Assembly: GCA_002726535.1 (NCBI GenBank)
Contig: PBTG01000079.1
Coordinates: 9,615 to 73,614, forward strand
Source: Myxococcales bacterium
GTDB taxonomy: Bacteria; Myxococcota_A; UBA9042
Reading direction: 5' to 3'
DNA: 64,000 nt
Shown here: one piece after another, positions 41,486 to 49,819 of the stretch
How the letters are laid out: the number at the start of each line of letters is the position of its first letter
How positions within the stretch are numbered: position 1 is the stretch's first letter
Notes under the pieces: generated by a model
Databases searched by the model: none
Seen by the model: the letters and a program-made list of their open reading frames with translations, nothing else
Told to the model about the DNA's origin: nothing
Made by a program: the position numbers and the translations under genes

Positions 41486-41809
41486 ATGGCAGCACAATCT
41501 ACCGGCATGATGAAGCGGCAAGGCTTCCTTGTCGACGAGGCCACAATTCTCGCTAACGGAGTGGCCAAGTCTTTGACCGGCGGCGCTAAGGCACAAGGCC
41601 TGAACATCGGCGCTTATTTCTCCTCCGACGCTGCGGGATCCGTTTCCGTAGCCGATCAGGTCGGCACCGTTCTCGCCACGATCGCCGCACCTTCAGGCGG
41701 CGGCAAAGTGATCGTTGAGCGTGGACGCTTTGAGGTCTACGACGCAACCTCTGTCGTCCTCGACACGACCAGTTTGAGCGCAGGTTCTGTGCAAGTTTCC
41801 TTGTACTGA
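41486..41809 (+). CDS. Hypothetical protein (possible head decoration/accessory)
   Basis: ORF track. Followed by a strong terminator at 41829-41854. Confidence 0.3.
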   Translation: MAAQSTGMMKRQGFLVDEATILANGVAKSLTGGAKAQGLNIGAYFSSDAAGSVSVADQVGTVLATIAAPSGGGKVIVERGRFEVYDATSVVLDTTSLSAGSVQVSLY

Positions 41810-41828
41810 TCCGAACAACAACAACAAA

Positions 41829-41854
41829 AAGGCGCCTCTTCGGGGGCGCTTTTT
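41829..41854 (+). terminator. Rho-independent terminator
   Basis: GGCGCCTC-TTCG-GGGGCGC followed by TTTTTT, at the end of the structural block. Confidence 0.7.
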
Positions 41855-41889
41855 TATTGGGAATACTTCCCTGACTCCGTAGTTACCCG

Positions 41890-42129
41890 ATGGACTGTCA
41901 GAAGTGTAATAAGTGCGGGGCGACTTTTTTCCCAAACGGTGAGGGTGGCTACCACCTCAGGTGGGCAACCGGCAAAGTCGGGAGAGCTGAGGGCCTGGCC
42001 GGGTTGGTTTGCATTCCGTATGGGAACGACGAGTGCATCAACCCAATGCGCCACGTCGCGACGGGCGACACCTGGGCGAAGAGGCTGGCTGAACTCGAGC
42101 GCCTTGAGAAACGAAACGGTTTGAGTTGA
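41890..42129 (+). CDS. Small zinc-ribbon-like protein
   Basis: CQKCNKCG...CIPYGNDEC. Confidence 0.35.
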   Translation: MDCQKCNKCGATFFPNGEGGYHLRWATGKVGRAEGLAGLVCIPYGNDECINPMRHVATGDTWAKRLAELERLEKRNGLS

Positions 42130-42155
42130 CACTTTGGGGTAGGAACGTTTATAAC
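42126..42155 (+). promoter_or_regulatory. Sigma70-like promoter (TTGACA-N17/18-TATAAC), copy 1 of a repeated early promoter family
   Basis: TGAGTTGACA...TTATAACT, with AGGGGGA and then ATG 42182 downstream. Confidence 0.5.
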
Positions 42156-42181
42156 TGAAACGTGTTCAGGGGGACAGCCCG

Positions 42182-42484
42182 ATGTTTATGCTCTCGACAG
42201 ATACAGCCGACACTCGCATCTTGGGCTACACGCTGAACTGTTCGGTGGGTATGGAGGTGTTCAGCACCATGGAGGAGGTTCTCCTGAGAGTCCACGGCGT
42301 CCCTGCTGACCAGCTTTGCTGGGCCTCGCTGGCTGACGCTCTAATCGATCTGACCTGGAGACAGGAGCAGTGGGGGGAGGGCACCATCAGCCAGACCCTC
42401 GGATATTGGGGCGGCGACGGCGTCAAGCGGATCACCATCAACAATCCGATGGGTGTTCGCCTCGAATGGGATGACGTGCTTTGA
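42182..42484 (+). CDS. Hypothetical early protein
   Basis: Preceded by the TTGACA-N17/18-TATAAC promoter at 42126-42155 and an AGGGGGA RBS. Its TGA stop begins the next promoter copy. Confidence 0.4.
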   Translation: MFMLSTDTADTRILGYTLNCSVGMEVFSTMEEVLLRVHGVPADQLCWASLADALIDLTWRQEQWGEGTISQTLGYWGGDGVKRITINNPMGVRLEWDDVL

Positions 42485-42523
42485 GTTGCACGAGTTGACA
42501 AACGGGGCAACATGCCCCATACT
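42483..42523 (+). promoter_or_regulatory. Sigma70-like promoter with palindromic operator in spacer (copy 2)
   Basis: TGAGTTGCACGAG-TTGACA-aacGGGGCAacaTGCCCC-CATACT. The 6-bp arms GGGGCA/TGCCCC lie between -35 and -10. The leading TGA is the stop of gene 42182..42484. Confidence 0.55.
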
Positions 42524-42548
42524 TAAAAAGTCGAGATCAAGCGAACCA

Positions 42549-42734
42549 ATGGCCCAAACCATCACCAACAACAACGAAGCCCTAACGGAGGCCCTGACCC
42601 TAGCCATCAACGCCCCTACAGAGGAATTGAAAAATGAGCTAATTGGGATTGCTGAGGGGATAGCTCAGCAGCTCACGGAAGACGAAATCGAGGCTTGCAA
42701 GGCAGCAGCAAAAGCCAACAAAACCAACTTTTGA
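42549..42734 (+). CDS. Small early protein (61 aa; internal ATG of ORF 42453..42734)
   Basis: The ATG at 42549 lies ~26 nt downstream of the -10 of the 42495-42523 promoter. The upstream part of the ORF track entry covers the promoter itself. Confidence 0.4.
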   Translation: MAQTITNNNEALTEALTLAINAPTEELKNELIGIAEGIAQQLTEDEIEACKAAAKANKTNF

Positions 42735-42753
42735 TCTGGACGGACACAGACCG

Positions 42754-42942
42754 ATGCTTGACCTCTCCCAGATCGAACAAAGCTCCACCCGCTTCCGTTA
42801 CGAGTCCAAGGCCAAAGCCGAGGCATTGCTAGCCATGGCAATCGAGACCGCTCTCGAGTCCGAAAGCTTCGACCTGTTCGACGACGGCTACGGCTTCCGT
42901 GTCCGCATGTTCGAAGATGGCGAGTTCTGCTGTTGCCTGTGA
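42754..42942 (+). CDS. Hypothetical protein
   Basis: ORF track. Confidence 0.3.
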   Translation: MLDLSQIEQSSTRFRYESKAKAEALLAMAIETALESESFDLFDDGYGFRVRMFEDGEFCCCL

Positions 42943-43392
42943 GCTAAGGCTCGAAGGTTTCGCCGAACTCGGTAAGGATCGACATCTGATCCTCTCGGGG
43001 TTTTGGCTCCAGCTCTTTCGGTATATCAACGACAACATCCTCGAAGCGGGTTCGGCAGAAGTAGGGGACATCTCGACCTGAGCCAGAGGTCTCAAACCAC
43101 AGTCGCCCCTTGAGTTCGCCCCTACTCAAATTTTTCACCTGCCCAGAAGTTCTGCACCTTACTCACTTTTAGCGTGAGTGAAAAGCTGAAGCCTATGGGC
43201 CGAACCCACCAACACAAGCCGTCAGATTCGACGCAGGTGGTGAGAATCGGCTCGGGAATATCCGCCCTCCTGCCCTGCTCATTCCGCTCTAGGCGGCCCA
43301 GGTCTGTGCAAATTATATCGTAACCGGCCAAACACTTGGGCGATATTCTTCGGGTCATGGCCTGGCCAAGTTCTTCAGAGTGTTCCGACGGG

Positions 43393-44085
43393 TCAGCGGG
43401 CGATGATGCTCCACCCCGTCCCAGGTCCCTCGACCTGCCAGCGCCTTCCCCAGTTTTTCTCGCTGTATCGAACTGCTTGGCCTGCCGTGATCCAGGTATC
43501 GACGTAGCCACCCTCCACGAGGTTGGCTTCACCGAAGGGATCGTTCACAACCGCTGACTCGCCCTCAAGGCCAATCACACAGGACCAGTGACCGCCGCCC
43601 GAAGGGGAGGAGACATGGCCTTTATGCAGCCAGCCACAGGGAACGGGGAAGCCCTGACGGATCTGATCCTCGAGCGTTTCCCAGCTTGCATCGGTGACGA
43701 ATTCGACGTCTAATCCGTAAGAGCGGAGCGCTGAGATCTGAGCGCTCGAATCCGTTGTATCTCCGTAATGCTCGACGGTCTCCAGATATTCGAGATCGCC
43801 GTTAGGGCCGCTGAGAGTCCCTGGGCGCAGGTACTCGAGCAGCATCGCGCAAGTAGTTGTGAAGCATTGCCTATATCCATGAGGCCCGTTGTCGAGCTGG
43901 ATCATGTGGCGCACTTTCAGGACGCGATCGGATGACTCGAGACCGTTCCTATAGATACGTGCGAACTCATCCAACTCCTCGAGCGTTAGCAGGTCCTCGA
44001 GGTATTCGAAGGCCTGGACCTGATGGGGCTCACCCTTGTAATAGGTGGCCGCATTAACCAGAGAGATCGAGTTGTCGGCTGCCAT
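43393..44085 (-). CDS. Papain-like cysteine peptidase (C39-like/CHAP-like), candidate endolysin
   Basis: Catalytic-type Cys context QCFTTTCAMLLEYL and His context GGGHWSCVIGLEGESAVVNDPFG match the C39-like peptidase pattern (Q..C...M; GH.VV..G.....V.DP). Confidence 0.45.
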   Translation of the reverse strand: MAADNSISLVNAATYYKGEPHQVQAFEYLEDLLTLEELDEFARIYRNGLESSDRVLKVRHMIQLDNGPHGYRQCFTTTCAMLLEYLRPGTLSGPNGDLEYLETVEHYGDTTDSSAQISALRSYGLDVEFVTDASWETLEDQIRQGFPVPCGWLHKGHVSSPSGGGHWSCVIGLEGESAVVNDPFGEANLVEGGYVDTWITAGQAVRYSEKNWGRRWQVEGPGTGWSIIAR

Positions 44086-44131
44086 GGTCGTCTCCGAATC
44101 ACGCCAGGGTTCCGATCAGATCGTCAGCCGC

Positions 44132-44482
44132 TTAACGCCACCTGCGGTCCTGCTGCTCTCGAAGTCTTCTCAGTTCGACCGCTTGATCGTTTACGTGAAA
44201 ATCCATCCGCTCTGATAAATATTTAACGTCTTTTTTAATCTCCGACATGCTGTCGAAGAGGCGATTCATTGCACCTTCAAAATCGTGCTTCGTGATGTAA
44301 TCCTCAGCTACCTTAAGCTCAACAGAATCAATTTTTTGTAAGGCCGTTTCTGCGACCGCTCTGGCCTCCTCCGTTCTCTTAAATGTAAAAGCGCCCCAAC
44401 CGAGAACACTAGAACAAACAGCAGCAATGACGAATTCAGGTAACACGGACTGAAGACAGTTAACCAAGGTTTCCGGCTTCAA
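44132..44482 (-). CDS. N-terminal TM + coiled-coil protein (i-spanin-like / lysis-associated)
   Basis: LPEFVIAAVCSSVLGWGAFTF hydrophobic helix, then a charged helical region. Adjacent to the peptidase gene. Confidence 0.35.
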   Translation of the reverse strand: MKPETLVNCLQSVLPEFVIAAVCSSVLGWGAFTFKRTEEARAVAETALQKIDSVELKVAEDYITKHDFEGAMNRLFDSMSEIKKDVKYLSERMDFHVNDQAVELRRLREQQDRRWR

Positions 44483-44651
44483 TTAATGAAAAAGGGGACT
44501 TAGCCCCCAATTTCTCGAATGAGTCTTTGCGCCTGTTTTTTGTCGATACCTTCGGGCGCATTTCGCAAGCATCGAATCATTACTTCCTGATCGCTAATGG
44601 GCAGCCGCTTGACTCGCCCATTGCTGCCAATAGGGCTCTCTACTTTCTCCA

Positions 44652-44900
44652 CTACTCAGAAAAGCGACGGCGCGGGGCCTTCTTCTTGGGCGCCTCTTCG
44701 ACCTGCTCAGCAGCAGGAGTTTCCTTCACTTCCTCGACGACTGGCTCTTCTTTCTTGGGGGCCTCATCGACGCCGTTTTTCTTGGTCGTGATAGCGCCGA
44801 GCTCTAAAGCCTCGAGGGCATCGGCTGGGTGGTAAAACTCGACGACGTTGCCGGCTAAGTCGTAGTAGGTGGGCTGGGCCATGGTGGGCTGTGAAATCAC
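44652..44900 (-). CDS. Hypothetical protein with Lys/Pro/Glu-rich tail
   Basis: ORF track. C-terminal EAPKKEEPVVEEVKETPAAEQVEEAPKKKAPRRR. Confidence 0.3.
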   Translation of the reverse strand: MISQPTMAQPTYYDLAGNVVEFYHPADALEALELGAITTKKNGVDEAPKKEEPVVEEVKETPAAEQVEEAPKKKAPRRRFSE

Positions 44901-45059
44901 TTCGACTCAGTGTTCCGAGCCTCTCCGTTTTGACCTGGGAACCCTGTTATGTGAAGTCCTGTTGAGATGGGGAGGGGGATAGTGTGTTGAGACTTATGGG
45001 GAGACTTTTAAAACTACCCCTAGTCTATGACTGGGATCTAAGCGAATCAAAGCCCTCTT

Positions 45060-45098
45060 TTAACCGGCTGGTCCTGAGTTCGAATCTCAGGCGACCCA
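45060..45098 (+). other. Partial tRNA 3' end (T-arm + acceptor 3' strand); putative attP core
   Basis: CTGAG-TTCGAAT-CTCAG is a perfect T-stem/T-loop (45074-45090). It is followed by a 7-nt acceptor strand GCGACCC and discriminator A. No complementary 5' acceptor strand or anticodon arm exists upstream, so only the 3' part of a tRNA is present. It lies ~200 nt upstream of the integrase. Confidence 0.5.
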
Positions 45099-45107
45099 TT
45101 CACCATG

Positions 45108-45132
45108 ACCCCCTGGAAATAGGGGGTTTTTT
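45108..45132 (+). terminator. Rho-independent terminator directly after the tRNA-like segment
   Basis: CCCCCT-GGAAAT-AGGGGG followed by TTTTTT. Confidence 0.65.
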
Positions 45133-45295
45133 AATGCCTGACTGGCGGGTTCGGAAACGAATAGGGCCTCGCCTGCCTGTTCGAAGCCGTACAGATATGG
45201 CCTCGAAAACCCTGTTCCGGACAGTTTGGGGTGAACGAGTCACACCATTCTTCTCCCCACATCTCCGGTAAACTGAAAAAGCTGAAAGGCCACAG

Positions 45296-46789
45296 ATGGC
45301 AGCCTCAAAGAGACCGCTCGACCAAGCCAATGGGCAGCTTGCGGCCGTGGGATGCAGGTGGCGGATCCGAGAAGAGAGACGAGTAAATCATTACTACGTC
45401 CGAGGCACGCGAGGCGATGACCGAGGTAAGTCTCGACCAGCTCGCAGTTTTCGCGTTGATGAGCCTGGCGACCTCGAGCGACTGACCACCGCCTTGCTGG
45501 GCTGGGAGAAACAAGCCCAAAAGAGACACAGCACTCTTCACCTGGCCAGCCTTGAGCTCGATCCCGATATTGCTCCCAAGGGAAGTCAGCAGACCTGGGG
45601 GTGGATCCTTGAGCTCTACAGGCCGCTCCTCGCCCCAGGCGGCAAGCTCTCGAAGCAACTTGGAGCGTTCGGCGTCATGGGAGAGGGCGGCTATTTCTCG
45701 AAGCGTTTCACTCCACAGACGGTGGTGCGGACAGAGCACCTCGAGCAATTTGGTCTTTACACGGTCGAGTCGCTAAAGCTGAACTACCTAAATCCGGCCG
45801 TACCGAAACAGGCGAGGGAGTACAGCCGATCGGGTTTCGCCGACGCCAAGCAAATTGTCTACGACATGAGCAAGCGGGGCATCGCCGCCGCGACGCCAGC
45901 GCTCAAAGCTCAGTTAAAACTGTTGCGCAGCGAGGCGGGGGTAGCTCCGGCAGCGCCTCGATTCATGCCTACCGATGAAGAGGCTGTCGATTGGATTGAT
46001 CAGCTAATGGAACTCGATCCTTTTCGGGGAAAGTTTTTTGCTTTCGTCTACACCTTCGGCCTTCGCCCTCACGAGGTTTGGCACATTAATTCCTTCCCCG
46101 GCGAGGTGAATGTCGAAAACATTTGCACTCCCAATGTCATCGAAGTGGGGACATTTGAGGGAGATGAAGAGACGAAAACAGGCTTTCGCTTCGCAGTCGC
46201 TTGTCCTGCTGAATTGATCGACCGATGGAAGTTAAGCGACCTGGAGGTGATCAAGGGGTGGCACGAAGAGCTTCTTGATCGCCACAAGATTAAGACGATC
46301 GAGCTATCAGATGGCCAAACTATCTATGCGAACAATCGCGCCCTAGGTAGCAAAGTTGCTCACTGGCTAAATAATAAAACCAAACCTGATATGGAGGTGC
46401 CCGTGAAACTGTTCGGACGGATCGACTTCACGATGAAGCGGGGCCAGACGCAGAAGGCTCCAAAAAAAGGACGGGTTCAGGCGTACACGATTCGTCACAT
46501 GTGGGCGCTACGCGCTAAGCGGTTGACAGCTTGGAGTACCGCAGCGAAAGCCGAGGCGATGGGTCACAGCGAATCCGTTCATTCCAAGCGCTATCTCGTC
46601 GAGGAACGTAAAGCGGACAAACTGCGGTCTTTAATCGATGCAACCGCGCCACCTGTCGAAGTAATTCCTCAAGCACCGGCAGAAGACGACGGCATTGCCA
46701 AGCTCCGCAAAGCGAAGGGCCTGCTCGATCAAGGTTTGATCACTCAAGAAAAATTTGATCTGCTACAGGACAAAGTGCTTGGCCTTTAG
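45296..46789 (+). CDS. int: Tyrosine integrase
   Basis: C-terminal IRHMWALRAKRL...AKAEAMGHSESVHSKRYL gives the R...H..R....Y catalytic signature. LRPHEVWHINSF supplies the first Arg. Adjacent to the att-like tRNA fragment. Confidence 0.85.
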   Translation: MAASKRPLDQANGQLAAVGCRWRIREERRVNHYYVRGTRGDDRGKSRPARSFRVDEPGDLERLTTALLGWEKQAQKRHSTLHLASLELDPDIAPKGSQQTWGWILELYRPLLAPGGKLSKQLGAFGVMGEGGYFSKRFTPQTVVRTEHLEQFGLYTVESLKLNYLNPAVPKQAREYSRSGFADAKQIVYDMSKRGIAAATPALKAQLKLLRSEAGVAPAAPRFMPTDEEAVDWIDQLMELDPFRGKFFAFVYTFGLRPHEVWHINSFPGEVNVENICTPNVIEVGTFEGDEETKTGFRFAVACPAELIDRWKLSDLEVIKGWHEELLDRHKIKTIELSDGQTIYANNRALGSKVAHWLNNKTKPDMEVPVKLFGRIDFTMKRGQTQKAPKKGRVQAYTIRHMWALRAKRLTAWSTAAKAEAMGHSESVHSKRYLVEERKADKLRSLIDATAPPVEVIPQAPAEDDGIAKLRKAKGLLDQGLITQEKFDLLQDKVLGL

Positions 46790-46980
46790 ATCAGGCCGAG
46801 ACGTAATTCGACTCGCTGGATATGCCAAAGAAAGACGCCCCGGCTGCTGAAGGGGTTCTTCTTCCTGTAGTGAATGCCTTCGTCAAACATCCCGCTTGTC
46901 TTCATCCGGCGCAGAGTTTTTTCGTGGACTCCGAGCATTTCGGCCATCTGATTGGTCGAGATCCACATGGTTGCAGCCAT
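46786..46980 (-). CDS. xis: Excisionase-like HTH DNA-binding protein
   Basis: ISTNQMAEMLGVHEKTLRRMKTSGMF resembles AlpA/Xis-family HTH. Convergent with and overlapping the integrase end by 4 nt. Confidence 0.5.
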   Translation of the reverse strand: MAATMWISTNQMAEMLGVHEKTLRRMKTSGMFDEGIHYRKKNPFSSRGVFLWHIQRVELRLGLI

Positions 46981-46982
46981 GC

Positions 46983-47507
46983 TCAGTCCCCCAGGCTGCG
47001 ATCTTTATTCCCCTGAACGCCCATGTCGCCCTGATATCGACCTGTCTGCGAATAGTTCGAATCAGGTGCCGAGTCCAGGGCACGAACGCGCAACTGGCAG
47101 AGCTCGAGACCTGGATAGATCGGGAGCACCTGGAACCTCCTGACGTTTTGGAACTCGAGGGTGATGCGGCCTGACCAGCCCGGATCGATGTAGCCGGCCA
47201 GCGCGTGCTGCCAGCCGGCGCGAGCTGCAGAACTCCGGAGACAGACTTCGGCCTCCATCCTGTCGGTCAGCATGACGACTTCCTGGGTATGGGTCAGGAT
47301 CCACTCGCCTGGGTCGACCAGGAAAGGGTTGCCGACGTGAAGGCCTGAAATATCCACCTCGTAGGTGCCGCCGCCTGGCGATTCGACGACCAGGGCTGTT
47401 CCGATACGAAGGTTTACAGAAGCAGGGTTAACGAGCGCATAGTCAGCAGGGCTCAGCCCACCATTGCGCATCCATTCCCTGAGCTGGCGGTCTACGAGGG
47501 TTGCCAT
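46983..47507 (-). CDS. dcd: dCTP deaminase family protein
   Basis: PASVNLRIG near the N-terminus and AGYIDPGWSGRITLEFQNV (G.IDPG..G..TLE..N) are the dCTP deaminase/dUTPase-superfamily signatures. Confidence 0.8.
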   Translation of the reverse strand: MATLVDRQLREWMRNGGLSPADYALVNPASVNLRIGTALVVESPGGGTYEVDISGLHVGNPFLVDPGEWILTHTQEVVMLTDRMEAEVCLRSSAARAGWQHALAGYIDPGWSGRITLEFQNVRRFQVLPIYPGLELCQLRVRALDSAPDSNYSQTGRYQGDMGVQGNKDRSLGD

Positions 47508-47601
47508 GGTGAACTCTTGATGGGCTCAGTATATCTCGGTTCGTATCAGCATCACGCAAGGGTTCGAACCCGCATAACCTAATCCTAGCTTTTCTCTGGC
47601 C

Positions 47602-47763
47602 ATGATTTACGACGTCTGCGTCACCTGTGACGGCCAAAGGTATGAAACCGTAATCGAAGCCAGGGACATGGATCAGGCCATTGCAAGCGTTTGCAGCGCC
47701 TACGGGGAGTGCGAGATTTCGAGCATCGCCACCCATCTCCACTACGGATCCAAGCCCTCGTGA
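47602..47763 (+). CDS. Small Cys-containing ORF (53 aa; below ORF-track size cutoff)
   Basis: ATG at 47602. Translation MIYDVCVTCDGQRYETVIEARDMDQAIASVCSAYGECEISSIATHLHYGSKPS. Its TGA stop (47761-47763) is the first triplet of the TGAGTTGCAC promoter element, the same arrangement as the other cassettes. Confidence 0.25.
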   Translation: MIYDVCVTCDGQRYETVIEARDMDQAIASVCSAYGECEISSIATHLHYGSKPS

Positions 47764-47802
47764 GTTGCACCTGTTGACAGCCTAGGGTATTCACTGCATA
47801 AT
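47761..47802 (+). promoter_or_regulatory. Sigma70-like promoter (copy 3, divergent spacer)
   Basis: TGAGTTGCACCTG-TTGACA-N17-CATAAT. It has the upstream TGAGTTGCAC box but lacks the GGGGCA palindrome. Confidence 0.5.
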
Positions 47803-47825
47803 TAAATCGACAGCGAACGAGACCA

Positions 47826-48647
47826 ATGACCGCTTTCACCACCCCCGCCGAAATCGTCTCCGCCCTCACTAATCGGATCCGCACCTGCCTGTTAGGTCAG
47901 GGCTACCGCCAGGCCGAGGCCGCTCAGCAGTACGTCGGGCTGAAGGAATATGAAGCCCGCCGGAAGCTTGGCCCCCTGGTTGCCGCCAGGATTGAGAACT
48001 ACTTCGGCCACACGCTTAAATCTGCCGACATTGATTTCCGCACCATCCAGAAGATCACCGAGGCCACCGTCAAGAACGCCACCGTGCTCCTCGAAGATCG
48101 CGTCTGCCGCAACATCGGCGAAGGCGAGACCCTTACCGAGATCAGCCTCGAGCTAGGCCAGGAGAACCTGATCGAGGGCGTTGTCTGCGGAGAGACCGCC
48201 CAGGGCGAACGCTTTCACATCGATGTCCACATGCTGTGGAACTACCGCTACGGAGAGAACAGCGCTAACGGCGTTTTGACCATCTATCCGCAGTTCAGAG
48301 GCACCCGCCAAGGCGTGCCCATGGCCGGGAAGCCTCAGCAGTCCATCGCAACCGCTGCAAAGGAAGCTGCCAAGGCCGAGCGCGAGGCTGCCAAGGCTGC
48401 GCGCCGCGCAGAGCTCCGGGCAAAATTCGCCAAGGCTCCCGAGCGCCTGGCTCGTGAAATGGAGAAGGACCTCAGAGACTGGTCAGACACCCACCCCACC
48501 GCGCCGCAGTGGGCGTTCATCCGCGACGCCGCCCGCGCCCTGACCGCAGAGCAGCTCAGCGAATGGTTCGCCGCTGGTGCCCGAACCTCCGGCGACATTG
48601 AGTCGAAGCTCAAACGCCAGTTCCGAGACCGTGTTTTGATTGCCTGA
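47826..48647 (+). CDS. Hypothetical early protein (273 aa)
   Basis: Downstream of the promoter at 47774-47802. C-terminal Ala/Lys/Glu-rich helix. No recognised domain. Confidence 0.45.
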   Translation: MTAFTTPAEIVSALTNRIRTCLLGQGYRQAEAAQQYVGLKEYEARRKLGPLVAARIENYFGHTLKSADIDFRTIQKITEATVKNATVLLEDRVCRNIGEGETLTEISLELGQENLIEGVVCGETAQGERFHIDVHMLWNYRYGENSANGVLTIYPQFRGTRQGVPMAGKPQQSIATAAKEAAKAEREAAKAARRAELRAKFAKAPERLAREMEKDLRDWSDTHPTAPQWAFIRDAARALTAEQLSEWFAAGARTSGDIESKLKRQFRDRVLIA

Positions 48648-48687
48648 GTTGCACGACTTGACAGATGGGGCACCTTGCCCCCATACT
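48645..48687 (+). promoter_or_regulatory. Sigma70-like promoter with palindromic operator (copy 4)
   Basis: TGAGTTGCACGAC-TTGACA-gatGGGGCAccttGCCCCC-ATACTT. The leading TGA is the stop of 47826..48647. Confidence 0.55.
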
Positions 48688-48711
48688 TAAGGAGTCCCCG
48701 AGAGAAGCCAA

Positions 48712-49041
48712 GTGAACACCACTAACACCACCACCATCGAGCAACTGACCAACGGCCAAGGCGTCAACGCCCTTTGTGCTCTTACCGGTGCGCAGATCGT
48801 TTACGACGACAACGCCAACAAAGTCACGATGGTTTTCAAAAAGCAGGCCGGCCCACGCGGTGCAAAGCTCACCCACCTACAGATCGCCTACAACACAGGC
48901 ACTGATCTTTACGACATCACCGCTTACAAGCTGAACAAAAAGACCTTCCAAATGCCCACCGTCAAAGAACTGGACGGTTGCTACGGCGACATGCTCAATG
49001 AGGTCTGCGAGCGCATCACTGACCTCTGCCTGCGCTTCTGA
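48712..49041 (+). CDS. Hypothetical early protein
   Basis: Downstream of the promoter/operator at 48658-48687, with a GGAG RBS. Confidence 0.4.
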   Translation: MNTTNTTTIEQLTNGQGVNALCALTGAQIVYDDNANKVTMVFKKQAGPRGAKLTHLQIAYNTGTDLYDITAYKLNKKTFQMPTVKELDGCYGDMLNEVCERITDLCLRF

Positions 49042-49093
49042 TCAAACGGGTCCTTCTGGACCCCTCTCTTATCACTATTCGAACCCTGATCTA

Positions 49094-49258
49094 ATGGCTC
49101 TCATTTTTTACACCGCTGTTCACGTCTGCAAGGGCCAGCAAATTGTCCAGGCCGAGACCACATTGCAGGCAGCGCAGAAGGCGGCCGCGTATTGGCGCCT
49201 GAAGACCACGGCTGGCATTGACGTCTACCGCCACGACACCGAAATCGTTCTCACCTGA
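49094..49258 (+). CDS. Hypothetical small protein (internal ATG of ORF 48998..49258)
   Basis: The ATG is preceded by TTCGAACC 16 nt upstream. Confidence 0.3.
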   Translation: MALIFYTAVHVCKGQQIVQAETTLQAAQKAAAYWRLKTTAGIDVYRHDTEIVLT

Positions 49259-49262
49259 TGCA

Positions 49263-49430
49263 ATGGCCAATTACAGCACCTACGTCGCCCGCCTGCGCAC
49301 CGAGAACTTGATCAAGCTGATCGAGGCCACGACCCGCCACCAGGCAGGTCTCAAGCTTCCCCTGACGCAGGCCCGCAATATCGAGCAGCTACAGGAACTG
49401 CAGGCCGAGCTCTTCCGCCGGATTGCTTGA
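49263..49430 (+). CDS. Hypothetical small protein (internal ATG of ORF 49218..49430)
   Basis: Its stop TGA is the first triplet of the next promoter copy. Confidence 0.3.
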   Translation: MANYSTYVARLRTENLIKLIEATTRHQAGLKLPLTQARNIEQLQELQAELFRRIA

Positions 49431-49471
49431 GTTACACCTCTTGACAGATGGGGCACCTTGCCCCCACAATT
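49428..49471 (+). promoter_or_regulatory. Sigma70-like promoter with palindromic operator (copy 5)
   Basis: TGAGTTACACCTC-TTGACA-gatGGGGCAccttGCCCCC-ACAATT. Confidence 0.5.
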
Positions 49472-49492
49472 GATTCAACAGCAACCAACCCG

Positions 49493-49780
49493 ATGACACG
49501 CTCAACCCAACGCACCCCCGAAGAGCTCGCAGCATTCAAGGCCGCCAACCTCGCCAACTCAACCTGCAAGGGTGGCCCGGTCATCGTCGAACCTCGCAAG
49601 GCCCCGAAAAAGTTTACGGTCACTTGGACGACACCTGAAGGCCAGTTCGGTTGGATCACAGTTCATGCCGTCAAGACTGCCGAAGCTGCGGCCGAGACAT
49701 TCTTCGCAGCCCGCAACCGTGGCCAGGTCCCGACCAACGCAGATATCGAGCTGATCAAGAGGGGAGGTCAGGAGATCTGA
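49493..49780 (+). CDS. Hypothetical early protein (internal ATG of ORF 49448..49780)
   Basis: Downstream of the promoter/operator at 49441-49471. Its stop TGA begins the next promoter copy. Confidence 0.4.
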   Translation: MTRSTQRTPEELAAFKAANLANSTCKGGPVIVEPRKAPKKFTVTWTTPEGQFGWITVHAVKTAEAAAETFFAARNRGQVPTNADIELIKRGGQEI

Positions 49781-49819
49781 GTTGCACGAGTTGACAAATG
49801 GGGCAACATGCCCCATAAT
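49778..49819 (+). promoter_or_regulatory. Sigma70-like promoter with palindromic operator (copy 6)
   Basis: TGAGTTGCACGAG-TTGACA-aatGGGGCAacaTGCCCC-ATAATT. Near-identical to copy 2. Confidence 0.55.

Noticed and set aside
42453-42548. Upstream portion of ORF 42453..42734 (translation MFASNGMTCFELHELTNGATCPILKK).
   Set aside because: This segment is the promoter/operator copy itself. The near-identical element at 49782-49841 gives similar pseudo-peptides. The real start is most likely the ATG at 42549.
44995-45098. A complete tRNA gene.
   Set aside because: Only the T-arm and 3' acceptor strand are present. There is no complementary 5' acceptor strand or anticodon stem upstream. I interpret it as an att-site tRNA fragment.
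47443-47742. 99-aa minus-strand ORF overlapping the dcd start and the divergent intergenic region.
   Set aside because: It overlaps the 5' end of dcd in another frame and covers the palindrome/promoter region. Probably spurious.
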